Shown here one piece after another: positions 45,499 to 54,925 of a stretch of 64,000 nucleotides of DNA. The notes below the pieces were generated by a model. That model ran no database searches. It was not told the origin of the DNA and saw nothing but the letters and a program-made list of their open reading frames with translations. Origin of the DNA: Clostridia bacterium (GTDB taxonomy: Bacteria; Bacillota; Clostridia; TANB77; CAG-465); contig JAUNGP010000008.1 of NCBI GenBank assembly GCA_030524345.1, positions 1,610-65,609 on the forward strand. The letters are read 5' to 3'. How positions within the stretch are numbered: the stretch's first letter is position 1; every line of letters begins with the position of its first letter. The position numbers and the translations under genes were made by a program.

Positions 45499-46425
45499 AT
45501 GCTGAGTAAAATTATTTTTATGGCAAAAAAATTAAAAGTCAATCACATTTATGTTTTTGCACATTCTAATCCGGATGGAGATGCTAAAGGCTCCTGTATG
45601 GCATTAGTAAAGTATTTTCAGTTGTATGGATTTGATTCCAAATATATTTTGACAAAAGAAAACAGTTATTTGAATGGAATCTTTGGTGAGATCACTACTA
45701 TTACAGATATTGGAGATGAGAGGTTTATTTCTGTGATCTGTGATTCTTCTAATAAGCAAATTTGCGAAAATAATTTGTATGAGAGAGGGATCATTACGTA
45801 TAAGATTGATCATCATAAGAATAGTGAAGAATTTGCTGATGAAAATTATATTAATAGCAAAGCTAGCTCTACTTGTGAGATTGTATGGTCAATGATGAAT
45901 AGGGAAATGATTACTCCTGAGATTGCAACTTATCTGTATACTGGAATTTATACAGATACTGGTGGATTTGATTATTCACTTAGTGAAAGTGTTTTTCTGG
46001 CATGTGCAGATTTAATTAAAAGAGGAGCAAATAATGTCATGATTGCTAAAGTGGTTAATAGCATGGGATATCATAGGGCGAAAATGAGTGGTTATATTTT
46101 GCTTAATTATACTTCTTATGCAGATGGCCTTTTAGGGATTGTTATGAGTTATAAGGAATGCTCTAAGTATCATTTTACTTCTAAAAATGTTGCAAAGTCT
46201 GTAAATGTTCTCAAAAACATTGCTGACGTGAGAATTTATTTTGTAGCATGCGAGGATTATAATGGAAGCTATTTCGTAGAACTTCGGAGCAGTGAAAGTA
46301 CAAATGTAGATGTTTCAAAAATTGCCATTGCAAATGGTGGAGGAGGCCATGTTCATGCAGCTGGTTTTACAGCCAAAAATCTGAAACACGTACTGGCAGT
46401 TTTAGATATGCTTAAGGTTTTGTAA
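45499..46425 (+). CDS. second DHH/DHHA1 phosphoesterase (NrnA paralog)
   Basis: Motifs HSNPDGDAKGS, DHHKN and GGGGHVHAAG. Confidence 0.8.
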   Translation: MLSKIIFMAKKLKVNHIYVFAHSNPDGDAKGSCMALVKYFQLYGFDSKYILTKENSYLNGIFGEITTITDIGDERFISVICDSSNKQICENNLYERGIITYKIDHHKNSEEFADENYINSKASSTCEIVWSMMNREMITPEIATYLYTGIYTDTGGFDYSLSESVFLACADLIKRGANNVMIAKVVNSMGYHRAKMSGYILLNYTSYADGLLGIVMSYKECSKYHFTSKNVAKSVNVLKNIADVRIYFVACEDYNGSYFVELRSSESTNVDVSKIAIANGGGGHVHAAGFTAKNLKHVLAVLDMLKVL

Positions 46426-46432
46426 TTTGCTG

Positions 46433-46461
46433 GGTCAGACAATGATTTGTCTGGCCTTTTT
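46433..46461 (+). terminator. intrinsic terminator
   Basis: GGTCAGACAA pairs with TTGTCTGGCC (one G-U pair), loop TGAT, followed by TTTTT. Confidence 0.7.
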
Positions 46462-46533
46462 CTGTTGTAATGAAAATCATAAAATGGTATAATAGTGTTA
46501 TAGTATTTTATGACATAGAAAAGGGGTGAAAAA

Positions 46534-47205
46534 ATGGAAGACAATGTTATACAAGAAAGAAGTTCTACAATGAGTCTGTTTCAAAAAGTATTTTTATGGA
46601 TGTTTATGGGACTTTTGGCAACTGGAATTGTTTCATGGTTTACCTATTCTTCCGGATTGACTGAAACGATAGCTTTTAATATGGGATTTCAAATAGTGGC
46701 ACTCATTGAGATTGCTGTAGTAGTTGTATTCTCATTATTCTTTAGGAAACTTCCGCCAATAGCGGCAAGTATATTATTTTTCATATATGCAGTGATGAAT
46801 GGTATCTGTGTATCAACGATATTTTATTTCTTTGAATTAGATTCTATTACTTTAATATTCTTTGCAAGCGCTGCAGTATATGGAATTACTGGATTATTAG
46901 GTTATATAACAAAAATAGATTTAAGTAGGTTTTGGCCTATGCTATTTGTTACATTAATTATTGGAGTGATAGTAAGTATCATTAATATATTTGTTGGAAA
47001 TACTATGTTAGATGTAATACTTACTTGGATTTTACTACTTGAATTTTTTGTTATTACTGCATATGATGTTCAAAGAATGAAAATAATGTCTGAGGCTGGA
47101 TATGATACGACCGAAAAATTACATATATATGGTGCAATGGAACTATATTTAGATTTTATTAATATCTTCTTAAAGATATTAGGATTATTTGGAAAAAGGA
47201 AATAA
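46534..47205 (+). CDS. Bax inhibitor-1/YccA family membrane protein
   Basis: Seven TM helices and the C-terminal GAMELYLDFINIFLKILGLFG typical of BI-1. Confidence 0.8.
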   Translation: MEDNVIQERSSTMSLFQKVFLWMFMGLLATGIVSWFTYSSGLTETIAFNMGFQIVALIEIAVVVVFSLFFRKLPPIAASILFFIYAVMNGICVSTIFYFFELDSITLIFFASAAVYGITGLLGYITKIDLSRFWPMLFVTLIIGVIVSIINIFVGNTMLDVILTWILLLEFFVITAYDVQRMKIMSEAGYDTTEKLHIYGAMELYLDFINIFLKILGLFGKRK

Positions 47206-47207
47206 GG

Positions 47208-47240
47208 AAAAAGTACTTAGCTTTTGCTAAGTATTTTTTT
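47208..47240 (+). terminator. intrinsic terminator
   Basis: AAAAAGTACTTAGC pairs with GCTAAGTATTTTT, loop TTTT, followed by a long T-run. Confidence 0.75.
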
Positions 47241-47303
47241 CTTTTTGATTGATGGAGAAGAAAAACTATGGTAAAATGTTGATAAATTGTTAGGAGAGAG
47301 AAA

Positions 47304-48062
47304 ATGAAAGCATTGGTAACTGGTGCTTCTTCTGGTATAGGGTATAACATGTCTAAATATTTAAGTCAGCTTGGATATGATTTAATAGTAGTGGCAAGAA
47401 GGAGCGATTGTTTAGAAAATTTAAAAAAAGAATGTAGTACAAAAGTAGAAATAATTGTATTAGACTTAAGTATTAAAGATAATGTTTATCAACTTTATAG
47501 TAGGGTGAAAAATCAAAATATTGATATGGTCATTAATAATGCTGGATTTGGCGTATTTGGTAAATTTGACCATACAGAATTAAGTAGAGATTTATCTATG
47601 ATCAATCTAAATATTGTATCGCTTCATATACTTACCAAGTTATTTTTAAAAGATATGAAGAAACGAAATAGTGGCGTTATTTTAAATGTAGGTTCGATTG
47701 CAGGATTTACTCCGGGTCCCCTTATGAGCACTTATTATGCGACAAAGTCTTATGTTGTAAGATTGACACAATCTATATATTATGAACTGAAGAAGGAGAA
47801 ATCTAAAGTAAAGATTAGTGTACTGTGTCCAGGACCTGTTGATACACAATTTAATGATGCATTAGGAATTTCTTTTCGCTTACCACCACTTAGCTCTGAT
47901 TATGTAGCAAAATATGCAATTAATAAGTGTTTAAAGGGAAAAGTTGTTATCATTCCAGGAATATCTGCAAAGATAGTAAGATTATTTAGTAAAATAATTC
48001 CTGATATAGTGATTATGAAAGTAAATTATATCATTCAATTAAGTAAAAAAAGAAGTTGCTAA
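47304..48062 (+). CDS. short-chain dehydrogenase/reductase (SDR)
   Basis: Motifs TGASSGIG, NNAG and YYATKSY (YxxxK). Confidence 0.88.
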   Translation: MKALVTGASSGIGYNMSKYLSQLGYDLIVVARRSDCLENLKKECSTKVEIIVLDLSIKDNVYQLYSRVKNQNIDMVINNAGFGVFGKFDHTELSRDLSMINLNIVSLHILTKLFLKDMKKRNSGVILNVGSIAGFTPGPLMSTYYATKSYVVRLTQSIYYELKKEKSKVKISVLCPGPVDTQFNDALGISFRLPPLSSDYVAKYAINKCLKGKVVIIPGISAKIVRLFSKIIPDIVIMKVNYIIQLSKKRSC

Positions 48063-48251
48063 AAATAGACAAAATACAATTTATTATTTGAATATATGTA
48101 CATATATGATAAATATGATAGCGATAGCGAAAAATCTTGCTTATTAATTAAATGAATTTTTTAAATAGTGAAATTTACATAAAAATATGATATAATATAA
48201 AAGGAGAAACTTATTTTTATTTTTCATAATAATTTATAGGAGGATATTGAA

Positions 48252-48932
48252 GTGAATATTAAAGAGAGGATTAAAAGTATTGAGAAAACCGATAAAGGTA
48301 TTTCTATTTTTCATAGGGCTACAGCTGAATTTTTATCATCCACAGCTGAAATACGGCCATCTGTAATATTTCCGGGATTTTACTTAGATAATGAAGAGTT
48401 ATATGAGGAAGCCTTGCATGATGCAAAAGATATATCGGATACTGTATATAATGTGAATATGCTTATTGGATATATGGTAAAGAAATTTGGTGTATTTGGT
48501 GATGAAAACAGACGAATGGATATACTGCTTAATGGAAAGGCTGATGAAGATGGAATGATAGGTGGTGTATCTATAACAGAGTTTATAGGCCAAGATGCTG
48601 CCTTATGTTGTGAGAGATCAGCATTTATGCATAATTGTCTAAGACTTTTAGGGTATAAGGACACTATTATTTTTGGTAAAATAAAATCTGAAAAAGCCAA
48701 TGTTTTTGATAATCATGCATATAACATTTTGGTTACAGGAAATGCTAACCATTGCTTAATTGATGCTACCAACCACTCAAAGCGAGCTAATGGCAATTTT
48801 ATTCCAACTATTTTCAAATTAGACCTTGATACATATACTGGTTTGTTGACTGGTAGCTTAACATACAAGGTTAATATGATTGACCATGCTTTTACAGGAG
48901 ATAAAATGGAGGTAGATTGGGAATACTTTTAA
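48252..48932 (+). CDS. cytoplasmic transglutaminase-like Cys-His-Asp protein (tentative)
   Basis: GQDAALCCERSAFMHNCLRLLGY...NHAYNIL...CLIDATN. GTG start 7 nt after AGGAGGA. Confidence 0.45.
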   Translation: MNIKERIKSIEKTDKGISIFHRATAEFLSSTAEIRPSVIFPGFYLDNEELYEEALHDAKDISDTVYNVNMLIGYMVKKFGVFGDENRRMDILLNGKADEDGMIGGVSITEFIGQDAALCCERSAFMHNCLRLLGYKDTIIFGKIKSEKANVFDNHAYNILVTGNANHCLIDATNHSKRANGNFIPTIFKLDLDTYTGLLTGSLTYKVNMIDHAFTGDKMEVDWEYF

Positions 48933-48935
48933 GAC

Positions 48936-48967
48936 AAGGCCTTGGAATTTTTTAATTCCAAGGCTTT
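48936..48967 (+). terminator. intrinsic terminator
   Basis: AAGGCCTTGGAATT pairs with AATTCCAAGGCTTT (14 bp including one G-U pair), loop TTTT. Confidence 0.7.
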
Positions 48968-49043
48968 CATTGACATATCTGATATAATGGATAAGTAAAG
49001 AGATAAGATCAAATTCAAAGTGGAAGATGAAAGGAGAGGTGCT

Positions 49044-49457
49044 ATGGCAACATTGATGGAAAAAGTGAACATTTTAAAAGGCGTATCGTTAGAGGAAAAG
49101 TCTCAGAAGAAGAGAGAGTATCGAAAACTTTGTATGAGACACTGGAAAGAACATGAAGCGGAGATTATAAGTTTCTTGTCAAAAATGGAATCAAAGGAAG
49201 GAAAAGTCTTCATTTCTTTTATGAATTTAGAGTTTACTCCTTTTAAAGATATTCCTATTGCTCAAGAAGTAACATTTTTGCATGATGATATGAGACCAGG
49301 AGTTAAGGAGAGTATCATACCTTATTTAACGTGTTTAGAAATTGAAGCAGAGCTTGTTGGAAGATTAGATTTTTCAACTTGTGAAAAAAGTTATAAAAAA
49401 AACGGAGTGAATATTTCCCTATTTTCAAATGTACCGGAGGAAATGAATGAAGATTAA
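49044..49457 (+). CDS. hypothetical protein
   Basis: ATG 49044 follows GAAAGGAGAGG. Overlaps the next gene by 11 nt. Confidence 0.5.
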   Translation: MATLMEKVNILKGVSLEEKSQKKREYRKLCMRHWKEHEAEIISFLSKMESKEGKVFISFMNLEFTPFKDIPIAQEVTFLHDDMRPGVKESIIPYLTCLEIEAELVGRLDFSTCEKSYKKNGVNISLFSNVPEEMNED

Positions 49458-50124
49458 AACAACGATAGGTGCTTGCTCTTATGAGGATGGAATTGAATTC
49501 TTTTTACAGAAAAAAATTGGCTATTCATCACGGGCAAGGTTATTAAAAAATGGAGAGATTGAGGTTTCTATTGTAGAAAAAGAACATAGCTTTTTGAATA
49601 AGTCAAAATGTTCGTTAAAGGAAAAAATAATTATGTTTTTCATGATCATCATCATAATGTATATTATGAATTTGGTAAATAGTCCATTATTAAAGCACAT
49701 TTTAAATATGCTCATTGTGTGGTGTTTTGTAATAGTATTTTTTTATACTGGTAGCAAAAATCCAAGTACTAGGAGATTTCATGGAGCAGAGCATAAAGTG
49801 CTAAATGCATTTGAAACTTTAAAACGTACTCCGACGATTGAGGAAGCTCTAAGATATAGCAGATATTATATGTTTTGTGGAGGCACGATAGTTGCAGTGC
49901 TTTTAAGTATCGTTACTGTTATCTATTTTGGTCTTGTCATTTTTGATCATATAGTGTTTTCTGCTTTATTTATCATTATCATGCTATATTTAGTTTTAAA
50001 ATTATGGGCAAATGATCAATTAAATTTTTTGCAAAGTTTTACTACTGCAGAGCCTACTGTTATTGAAATCAAAGTGGCAATTGAGGGGCTTAAAGGCTTC
50101 ATAAAAGAAGAAGGCTTGGATTAA
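49447..50124 (+). CDS. membrane protein with HGAEHK motif (DUF1385/YqhQ-like, tentative)
   Basis: RRFHGAEHKVLNAFE lies between TM helices, and the N-terminus IGACSYEDGIEF resembles the DUF1385 start. The stop overlaps the convergent asd stop. Confidence 0.4.
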   Translation: MKIKTTIGACSYEDGIEFFLQKKIGYSSRARLLKNGEIEVSIVEKEHSFLNKSKCSLKEKIIMFFMIIIIMYIMNLVNSPLLKHILNMLIVWCFVIVFFYTGSKNPSTRRFHGAEHKVLNAFETLKRTPTIEEALRYSRYYMFCGGTIVAVLLSIVTVIYFGLVIFDHIVFSALFIIIMLYLVLKLWANDQLNFLQSFTTAEPTVIEIKVAIEGLKGFIKEEGLD

Positions 50125-51104
50125 TTTCCAAGTCTTTTTTCAAGTAAATTTTCAAGTATTTGAACTGCATTTGTAGCCGCTCCTTTTCTAATGTTATCTG
50201 CAACACACCATATATTAAGTCCATTTTTTACACTAAAATCACGTCTGATTCTTCCAACAAATACTTCATCTTTCCCATCAACAAAAGTATTAATTGGATA
50301 AATGTTTCTTGAAATATCATCAAGCACAACAATATTTTCTTTTAAGTTTAATTTTTGTTTTATATCAAGTATATCAAATTCCTCATAGAATTCTATGTTA
50401 ATACTTTCACTATGACAGTTTTTAACTGGAACCCTTACACAGGTTGCCGTAATTTTTATATTAGAGTCATCTAATATTTTTTTAGTTTCTTCAATCATCT
50501 TTACTTCTTCTTTGGTATATCCGTTTTCAAGGAAGATATCGATATGTGGTAAACAATTGTTAACAATCTGATACGGAAATTTTTTATTTGTATTTTCTTC
50601 AAGGTCAACAATACCTTTATGTCCGGCTCCGGATACTGCTTGATAAGTATTGTATACAACACGTTTTATTCCGAGTTCTTTTAACGCATTTAGCAAAACA
50701 ACTGCCTGGATTGTTGAACAATTTGGATTTGCTATAATTCCATGATTTTGAAATGCTTTTTGTATATTGACTTCTGGAACTACAAGTGGAACATCATCTT
50801 TCATTCTGAATGCTGAGCTATTGTCTATGACAATACATCCATTTCTAGCTGCTATTGGAGCAAATGTTTTGCTAGTATCACCTCCTGCGGAAAATAAGGC
50901 ATAATCAAATCTATTATGATCAAATGAATTTTCCGTAAGCTCTTCTACTACATAATCTTCACCTAGGAAGTGTATTATTTTTCCTTTCGATTTTTTGGAT
51001 GCTAGTAACACGTATTTGTCAATTTTTAGCTGTCTTTCTTCTAAGACCTTTAAAAAAGTAGAGCCTACAAGACCTGTGGCTCCGACAATTGCACAAGTTA
51101 TCAT
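50121..51104 (-). CDS. asd: aspartate-semialdehyde dehydrogenase
   Basis: N-terminal IVGATGLVGSTF, active-site NPNCSTIQ, and SGAG. ATG 51104 follows AGAGGTGA. Confidence 0.92.
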   Translation of the reverse strand: MITCAIVGATGLVGSTFLKVLEERQLKIDKYVLLASKKSKGKIIHFLGEDYVVEELTENSFDHNRFDYALFSAGGDTSKTFAPIAARNGCIVIDNSSAFRMKDDVPLVVPEVNIQKAFQNHGIIANPNCSTIQAVVLLNALKELGIKRVVYNTYQAVSGAGHKGIVDLEENTNKKFPYQIVNNCLPHIDIFLENGYTKEEVKMIEETKKILDDSNIKITATCVRVPVKNCHSESINIEFYEEFDILDIKQKLNLKENIVVLDDISRNIYPINTFVDGKDEVFVGRIRRDFSVKNGLNIWCVADNIRKGAATNAVQILENLLEKRLGN

Positions 51105-51153
51105 ATATTTCACCTCTAGTATAAATATATGGGTTGTAAATATCATTTATGAA

Positions 51154-51177
51154 AAAAACAGACTAATTGTCTGTTTT
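51154..51177 (-). terminator. hairpin with U-tract between the membrane-protein gene and asd
   Basis: On the minus strand AAAACAGAC pairs with GTCTGTTTT and is followed by TTTTTTT. It overlaps the stop of 51176..51781. Confidence 0.55.
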
Positions 51178-51781
51178 AAGGATTTACTAACTTATATAAT
51201 ATATCTGGATTACCAACAATTCTATATACAGAGATGACAAAGTCTGTAGCATATATTAATATGATTAAGATAGCAGTACGATTTGCTATGACTTTTGGTA
51301 AAATTGAGACGATTTTTAGTAATAGTCTATGTATAAAAAACACATAGATAGTTCCAAGAATTCCCCATCCAAGAAGTATAGGTACAGTAGTATAATCAAG
51401 TATTGATAAAAAATGTCCATGATAATTCCACATTTCTATATTTAAGATATACTTAAATCCTAATCCGCTTAAAAGTTCAAAAGCACCCATCGTGATAGAA
51501 GCAGTAAGAAAGGTATAGGGAATATTTGCTTTTGTTGGTTTTAAATTATAGAAAAGAAAGTATAAAATGAGAGCACCAAATCCATATATTGGACAATATG
51601 GTCCCATTAGCATTCCTCTTTTTACAATTCTTCCAACAGATAGATATACATAACCTGTTTCAACAAACCATCCCAAAATAGAACATATTGCAAAAATAAA
51701 TATCATCTCTGTAAGGGATCTTTTTTTATCTTCAATAATGTCTCTTTTTCCAAACGTTACTAATTTATATTTTTTATCCAT
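51176..51781 (-). CDS. multipass membrane protein, PF06541/DUF1113-like (paralog type 1, divergent)
   Basis: GWFVETGY, LMGPYCPIYGFGA, IEMWNYHGH. Lies 11 nt downstream of the rlu gene. Confidence 0.55.
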   Translation of the reverse strand: MDKKYKLVTFGKRDIIEDKKRSLTEMIFIFAICSILGWFVETGYVYLSVGRIVKRGMLMGPYCPIYGFGALILYFLFYNLKPTKANIPYTFLTASITMGAFELLSGLGFKYILNIEMWNYHGHFLSILDYTTVPILLGWGILGTIYVFFIHRLLLKIVSILPKVIANRTAILIILIYATDFVISVYRIVGNPDILYKLVNP

Positions 51782-51792
51782 ATTCTTTCATC

Positions 51793-52707
51793 CTACCTTA
51801 TCATATTATTATAAAGATTTTCATCTAAGGAAATAGAAATATTATTTAAATAAGAAAGAGGCGAATCTTTATAAAAACTAAACGAATATTTTACAGCAAA
51901 AAGTAGCTGTTTGTATATTTTAAATTTTTTATTTATTTCATTTTTTCCATACTTGGGGTCTCCAATAATTGGATGTGAGATGTTGGCAAGTTGTGCTCGT
52001 ATTTGATGTGTTTTTCCAGTGTGTATTATGACTTTTAAGATAGCAAAGTCATCATCGATATTTTTTTGTAAAACATAGTATTCTGTAATGATTTTTTTGC
52101 TATTTGCCACTTTTTTATCATATATTTTTGAAAAACTATCTTTTTGCTTTAAAATATATTTTTCTAATATATCGTGTTCTTTTTCAAAATTAGAATTTGC
52201 AACATAAGCAATATATTCCTTATGAATATAACCTTCTTTAAAAGCTTTTAGCATTTCTAAATAGGCTATCTCATTTTTAGAAAAAATAACAACACCTGCA
52301 GTGTTTCTATCTAATCTATGGCAAATTTTATAGTTTGAATTTACTTTGCATACTATTGTTTCTAAAGTTGGCTCTAATCCTCCAATGCGCTTCATATTTT
52401 CTTCATCAAACTTTTCTATATTTGACAATATCCCTTGTGGTTTATAGACAGCTAGTATATTATCATCTTCATAAATGGTAGTTAAATTCTTGGGTAAATT
52501 AAATAAATAGATATCGGATATATAAATGTCTAATTTATCATTATATTTTACGCAACAATCTATATTTATTTTTACATTATTTAATCGAATATCTTTATTT
52601 CTTAATGCTTTGTATAAAGTAGAAGTAATCATATTGGGAAATATAGATTTTAGATATGATATAACAGTTTCATTTTTCCTTTTACTTTTTATATAAATAG
52701 TTCTCAT
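51793..52707 (-). CDS. RluA-family 23S rRNA/tRNA pseudouridine synthase with S4 domain
   Basis: Motifs HRLDRNTAGVVIF and GKTHQIRAQLA. ATG 52707 has no SD but sits 7 nt after a TATAAT, so it may be leaderless. Confidence 0.85.
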   Translation of the reverse strand: MRTIYIKSKRKNETVISYLKSIFPNMITSTLYKALRNKDIRLNNVKINIDCCVKYNDKLDIYISDIYLFNLPKNLTTIYEDDNILAVYKPQGILSNIEKFDEENMKRIGGLEPTLETIVCKVNSNYKICHRLDRNTAGVVIFSKNEIAYLEMLKAFKEGYIHKEYIAYVANSNFEKEHDILEKYILKQKDSFSKIYDKKVANSKKIITEYYVLQKNIDDDFAILKVIIHTGKTHQIRAQLANISHPIIGDPKYGKNEINKKFKIYKQLLFAVKYSFSFYKDSPLSYLNNISISLDENLYNNMIR

Positions 52708-52714
52708 AATATTT

Positions 52715-52743
52715 ATTATATCGTTATTCTGTAGAAAAATCAA
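52715..52743 (-). promoter_or_regulatory. sigma-A promoter placed for a leaderless transcript
   Basis: On the minus strand: TTGATT (52743-52738), 17 nt, TATAAT (52720-52715), then AAATATT and ATG at 52707. Confidence 0.5.
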
Positions 52744-52785
52744 TAATCATACTAAAATATAATCAAATAATGTAAAAAGTTGTCA

Positions 52786-52815
52786 TAAAAAATGAGTAAG
52801 TAGATACTTACTCAT
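52786..52815 (-). terminator. intrinsic terminator
   Basis: ATGAGTAAGTA pairs with TACTTACTCAT (52792-52815). The A-run at 52786-52791 is a U-tract on the minus strand. Confidence 0.65.
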
Positions 52816-53081
52816 AATCTTTTTATTAAATTTTCTATGATGCTATCAATTTTTTCATTTATTTTTCTTCTTTCTTCCTCCTTTTTCATTTCAATGATAG
52901 AAAATAAGTAAAAATATGAAATTAAAGAGGCAAACAATAAAATAGTCCAAAATATTGTTCCAGGTACTACATTAATTGTTGAAAGTATTGCTAAGAATAC
53001 AGATGCCCAAAATAGGCAATATAATACTAGAAAAATATTTTGAAGTGTAGAAAGTTTTAATGATAATAATTTTTTTGACAT
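52812..53081 (-). CDS. small two-TM membrane protein
   Basis: AAGGAG SD. 89 aa with two hydrophobic helices and a charged tail. Confidence 0.5.
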   Translation of the reverse strand: MSKKLLSLKLSTLQNIFLVLYCLFWASVFLAILSTINVVPGTIFWTILLFASLISYFYLFSIIEMKKEEERRKINEKIDSIIENLIKRL

Positions 53082-53190
53082 TTTTCGTCTCCTTTTTAAT
53101 TATAGAATAGATATATATATGGTTTCCAAAGAATTATATCATATGTAAATTGAAAATGAAATACATATATAGAATAAATTGTCATAAAGT

Positions 53191-53219
53191 TTGAAAAATA
53201 GCTATATTAATGATATAAT
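53191..53219 (+). promoter_or_regulatory. sigma-A promoter
   Basis: TTGAAA (53191-53196), 17 nt, TATAAT (53214-53219). Confidence 0.6.
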
Positions 53220-53272
53220 AAGAAGAATAACTTTTTGATGCCAATGTTTAATAATATTTAGGAGGTATGATT

Positions 53273-54925
53273 ATGTTAAATAACAAGGTCAAAGTATCAT
53301 TTGAAAATGGTAAGGAAATTGTAGTAACTGAAGAAACTACTGTATTAAAAGCAATGCAAGAGGCTGACATAAATGTTGATGAAGTTTTTGCGGTAATCAT
53401 TAATAATAATTTAAGATCGATATTTTATCCAATTATTGAAGATTGTACATGTAAATGTGTTACTTATTTTGATCGAGAAGGAGAGCGGATTTATAGTCGT
53501 AGTTTAAGATTTATACTCCTTATGGCTCTTTACAAACTCTATCCAGAAGCTAAAGCTGAATTTACAAATAAAAATGGAAGAGATTATTTTGCTTTCTTTG
53601 AAAATTTTGAACTTACAGAAGAGGTGGTAGCGAATATAAAAGCTAAGATGAATGAAATTATTGCATTTAATTTTAAGATTGAAAAGAAAAAAGAGAGTCG
53701 AAGAAGAATTATTAGATATTATCGACTGAATAGCAACGTAGAAAAAATAAATGAAATTATGAGGGGAATAAAGGACACATATACTGTGTATGAATGCGAT
53801 GGCTATTATAATTATCTTTTTGGAAATTTAGTCCCTTATACTGGCTATATAAAGGGCTTTGATTTAAAGCTATATCAAAATGGTATTGCTCTAATGCTTC
53901 CCGAACGCGATAATATTAATTTAGTAAAAAATGAATTTGAAACAAATAGAATTTTTGAACTTTCTCAAAAATTTGCTAGAGTTTGTAAAGTGACTGGCGT
54001 AAAAACGGTTTCTGACTTAAATGAGGCAATCATCAATAATCGAATTGGCGAGGTGATAAGGCGAGCAGAACTCTATCACACTAGAGAAATTCTTGGAATT
54101 GCAGAAAGGATTGTTAAGGCTAATTCTAAAATAGTTCTTCTTGCTGGCCCTTCTTCTTCTGGAAAAACGACAACAGCACAAAGAGTTGCGGATGCACTGA
54201 TGACTTATGGGAAAAATGCAAGTGTTATCAGTATGGATAATTATTTTAATGATCTTGAAAATATTCCTATTGGTGCAGATGGTAAGAGAGATTATGAGAC
54301 GTTTGACAATATAGATTTAACAGTATTTAAGTCTCAAATGCTTGCCTTGCTTTCTGGTAAGGAAGTTGTTATTCCAGAATATGATTTTAAAAATCATGTT
54401 AAAATCTATGGCGATACTAAGATGCGACTTGGGTTGGAAGATATTATTATTATAGAAGGAATTCATGGATTGAATCCGAAGGCTTCTAACTTTATGCCTA
54501 AAGATACTGTTTTTAAGCTCTATGTGAATCCTAGTGTTAGTATTAGAGATGATTCTGATAGTATGCTTTCTTCTTCAGATCTTAGGCTCATAAGAAGAGC
54601 AGTAAGAGATTTTTCTAAGCGTGGAATGTCAGTGGAAGAAACTTTTGAGCTTTGGGAGAATGTTAGAAAAGGTGATGAAGAGAATATTTTCCCATATGTA
54701 AATGAGGCAGATTATGTCTTTAACTCTGCTTTGATATATGAAATGGCAGTTTTAAAGAATACATCGGAAAGGCTGTTTAATGCAGTGAAAAAAGATAGTA
54801 ACTCGTGGCCTGAGGCAAGAAGAATTCTGAAACGATTTGAATCTTTTTTGGGATTTGAGCAAGATCTTGTTCCCTCTACATCTATCGCTAGAGAATTTAT
54901 TGGGGGCGGTTGCTACAGAAGTTAA
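53273..54925 (+). CDS. uridine kinase/PRK-family P-loop nucleoside kinase with long N-terminal (TGS-like) extension
   Basis: Walker A LLAGPSSSGKTTTAQ at about residue 290, then a Udk-like IIIEGIHGLNP. ATG 53273 lies 7 nt after AGGAGG. Confidence 0.55.
   Translation: MLNNKVKVSFENGKEIVVTEETTVLKAMQEADINVDEVFAVIINNNLRSIFYPIIEDCTCKCVTYFDREGERIYSRSLRFILLMALYKLYPEAKAEFTNKNGRDYFAFFENFELTEEVVANIKAKMNEIIAFNFKIEKKKESRRRIIRYYRLNSNVEKINEIMRGIKDTYTVYECDGYYNYLFGNLVPYTGYIKGFDLKLYQNGIALMLPERDNINLVKNEFETNRIFELSQKFARVCKVTGVKTVSDLNEAIINNRIGEVIRRAELYHTREILGIAERIVKANSKIVLLAGPSSSGKTTTAQRVADALMTYGKNASVISMDNYFNDLENIPIGADGKRDYETFDNIDLTVFKSQMLALLSGKEVVIPEYDFKNHVKIYGDTKMRLGLEDIIIIEGIHGLNPKASNFMPKDTVFKLYVNPSVSIRDDSDSMLSSSDLRLIRRAVRDFSKRGMSVEETFELWENVRKGDEENIFPYVNEADYVFNSALIYEMAVLKNTSERLFNAVKKDSNSWPEARRILKRFESFLGFEQDLVPSTSIAREFIGGGCYRS

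Noticed and set aside
48119-48134. Short tandem repeat GATAGC-GATAGC-GA.
   Set aside because: It has only two and a third units, sits in an AT-rich intergenic region, has no further copies, and is likely chance.
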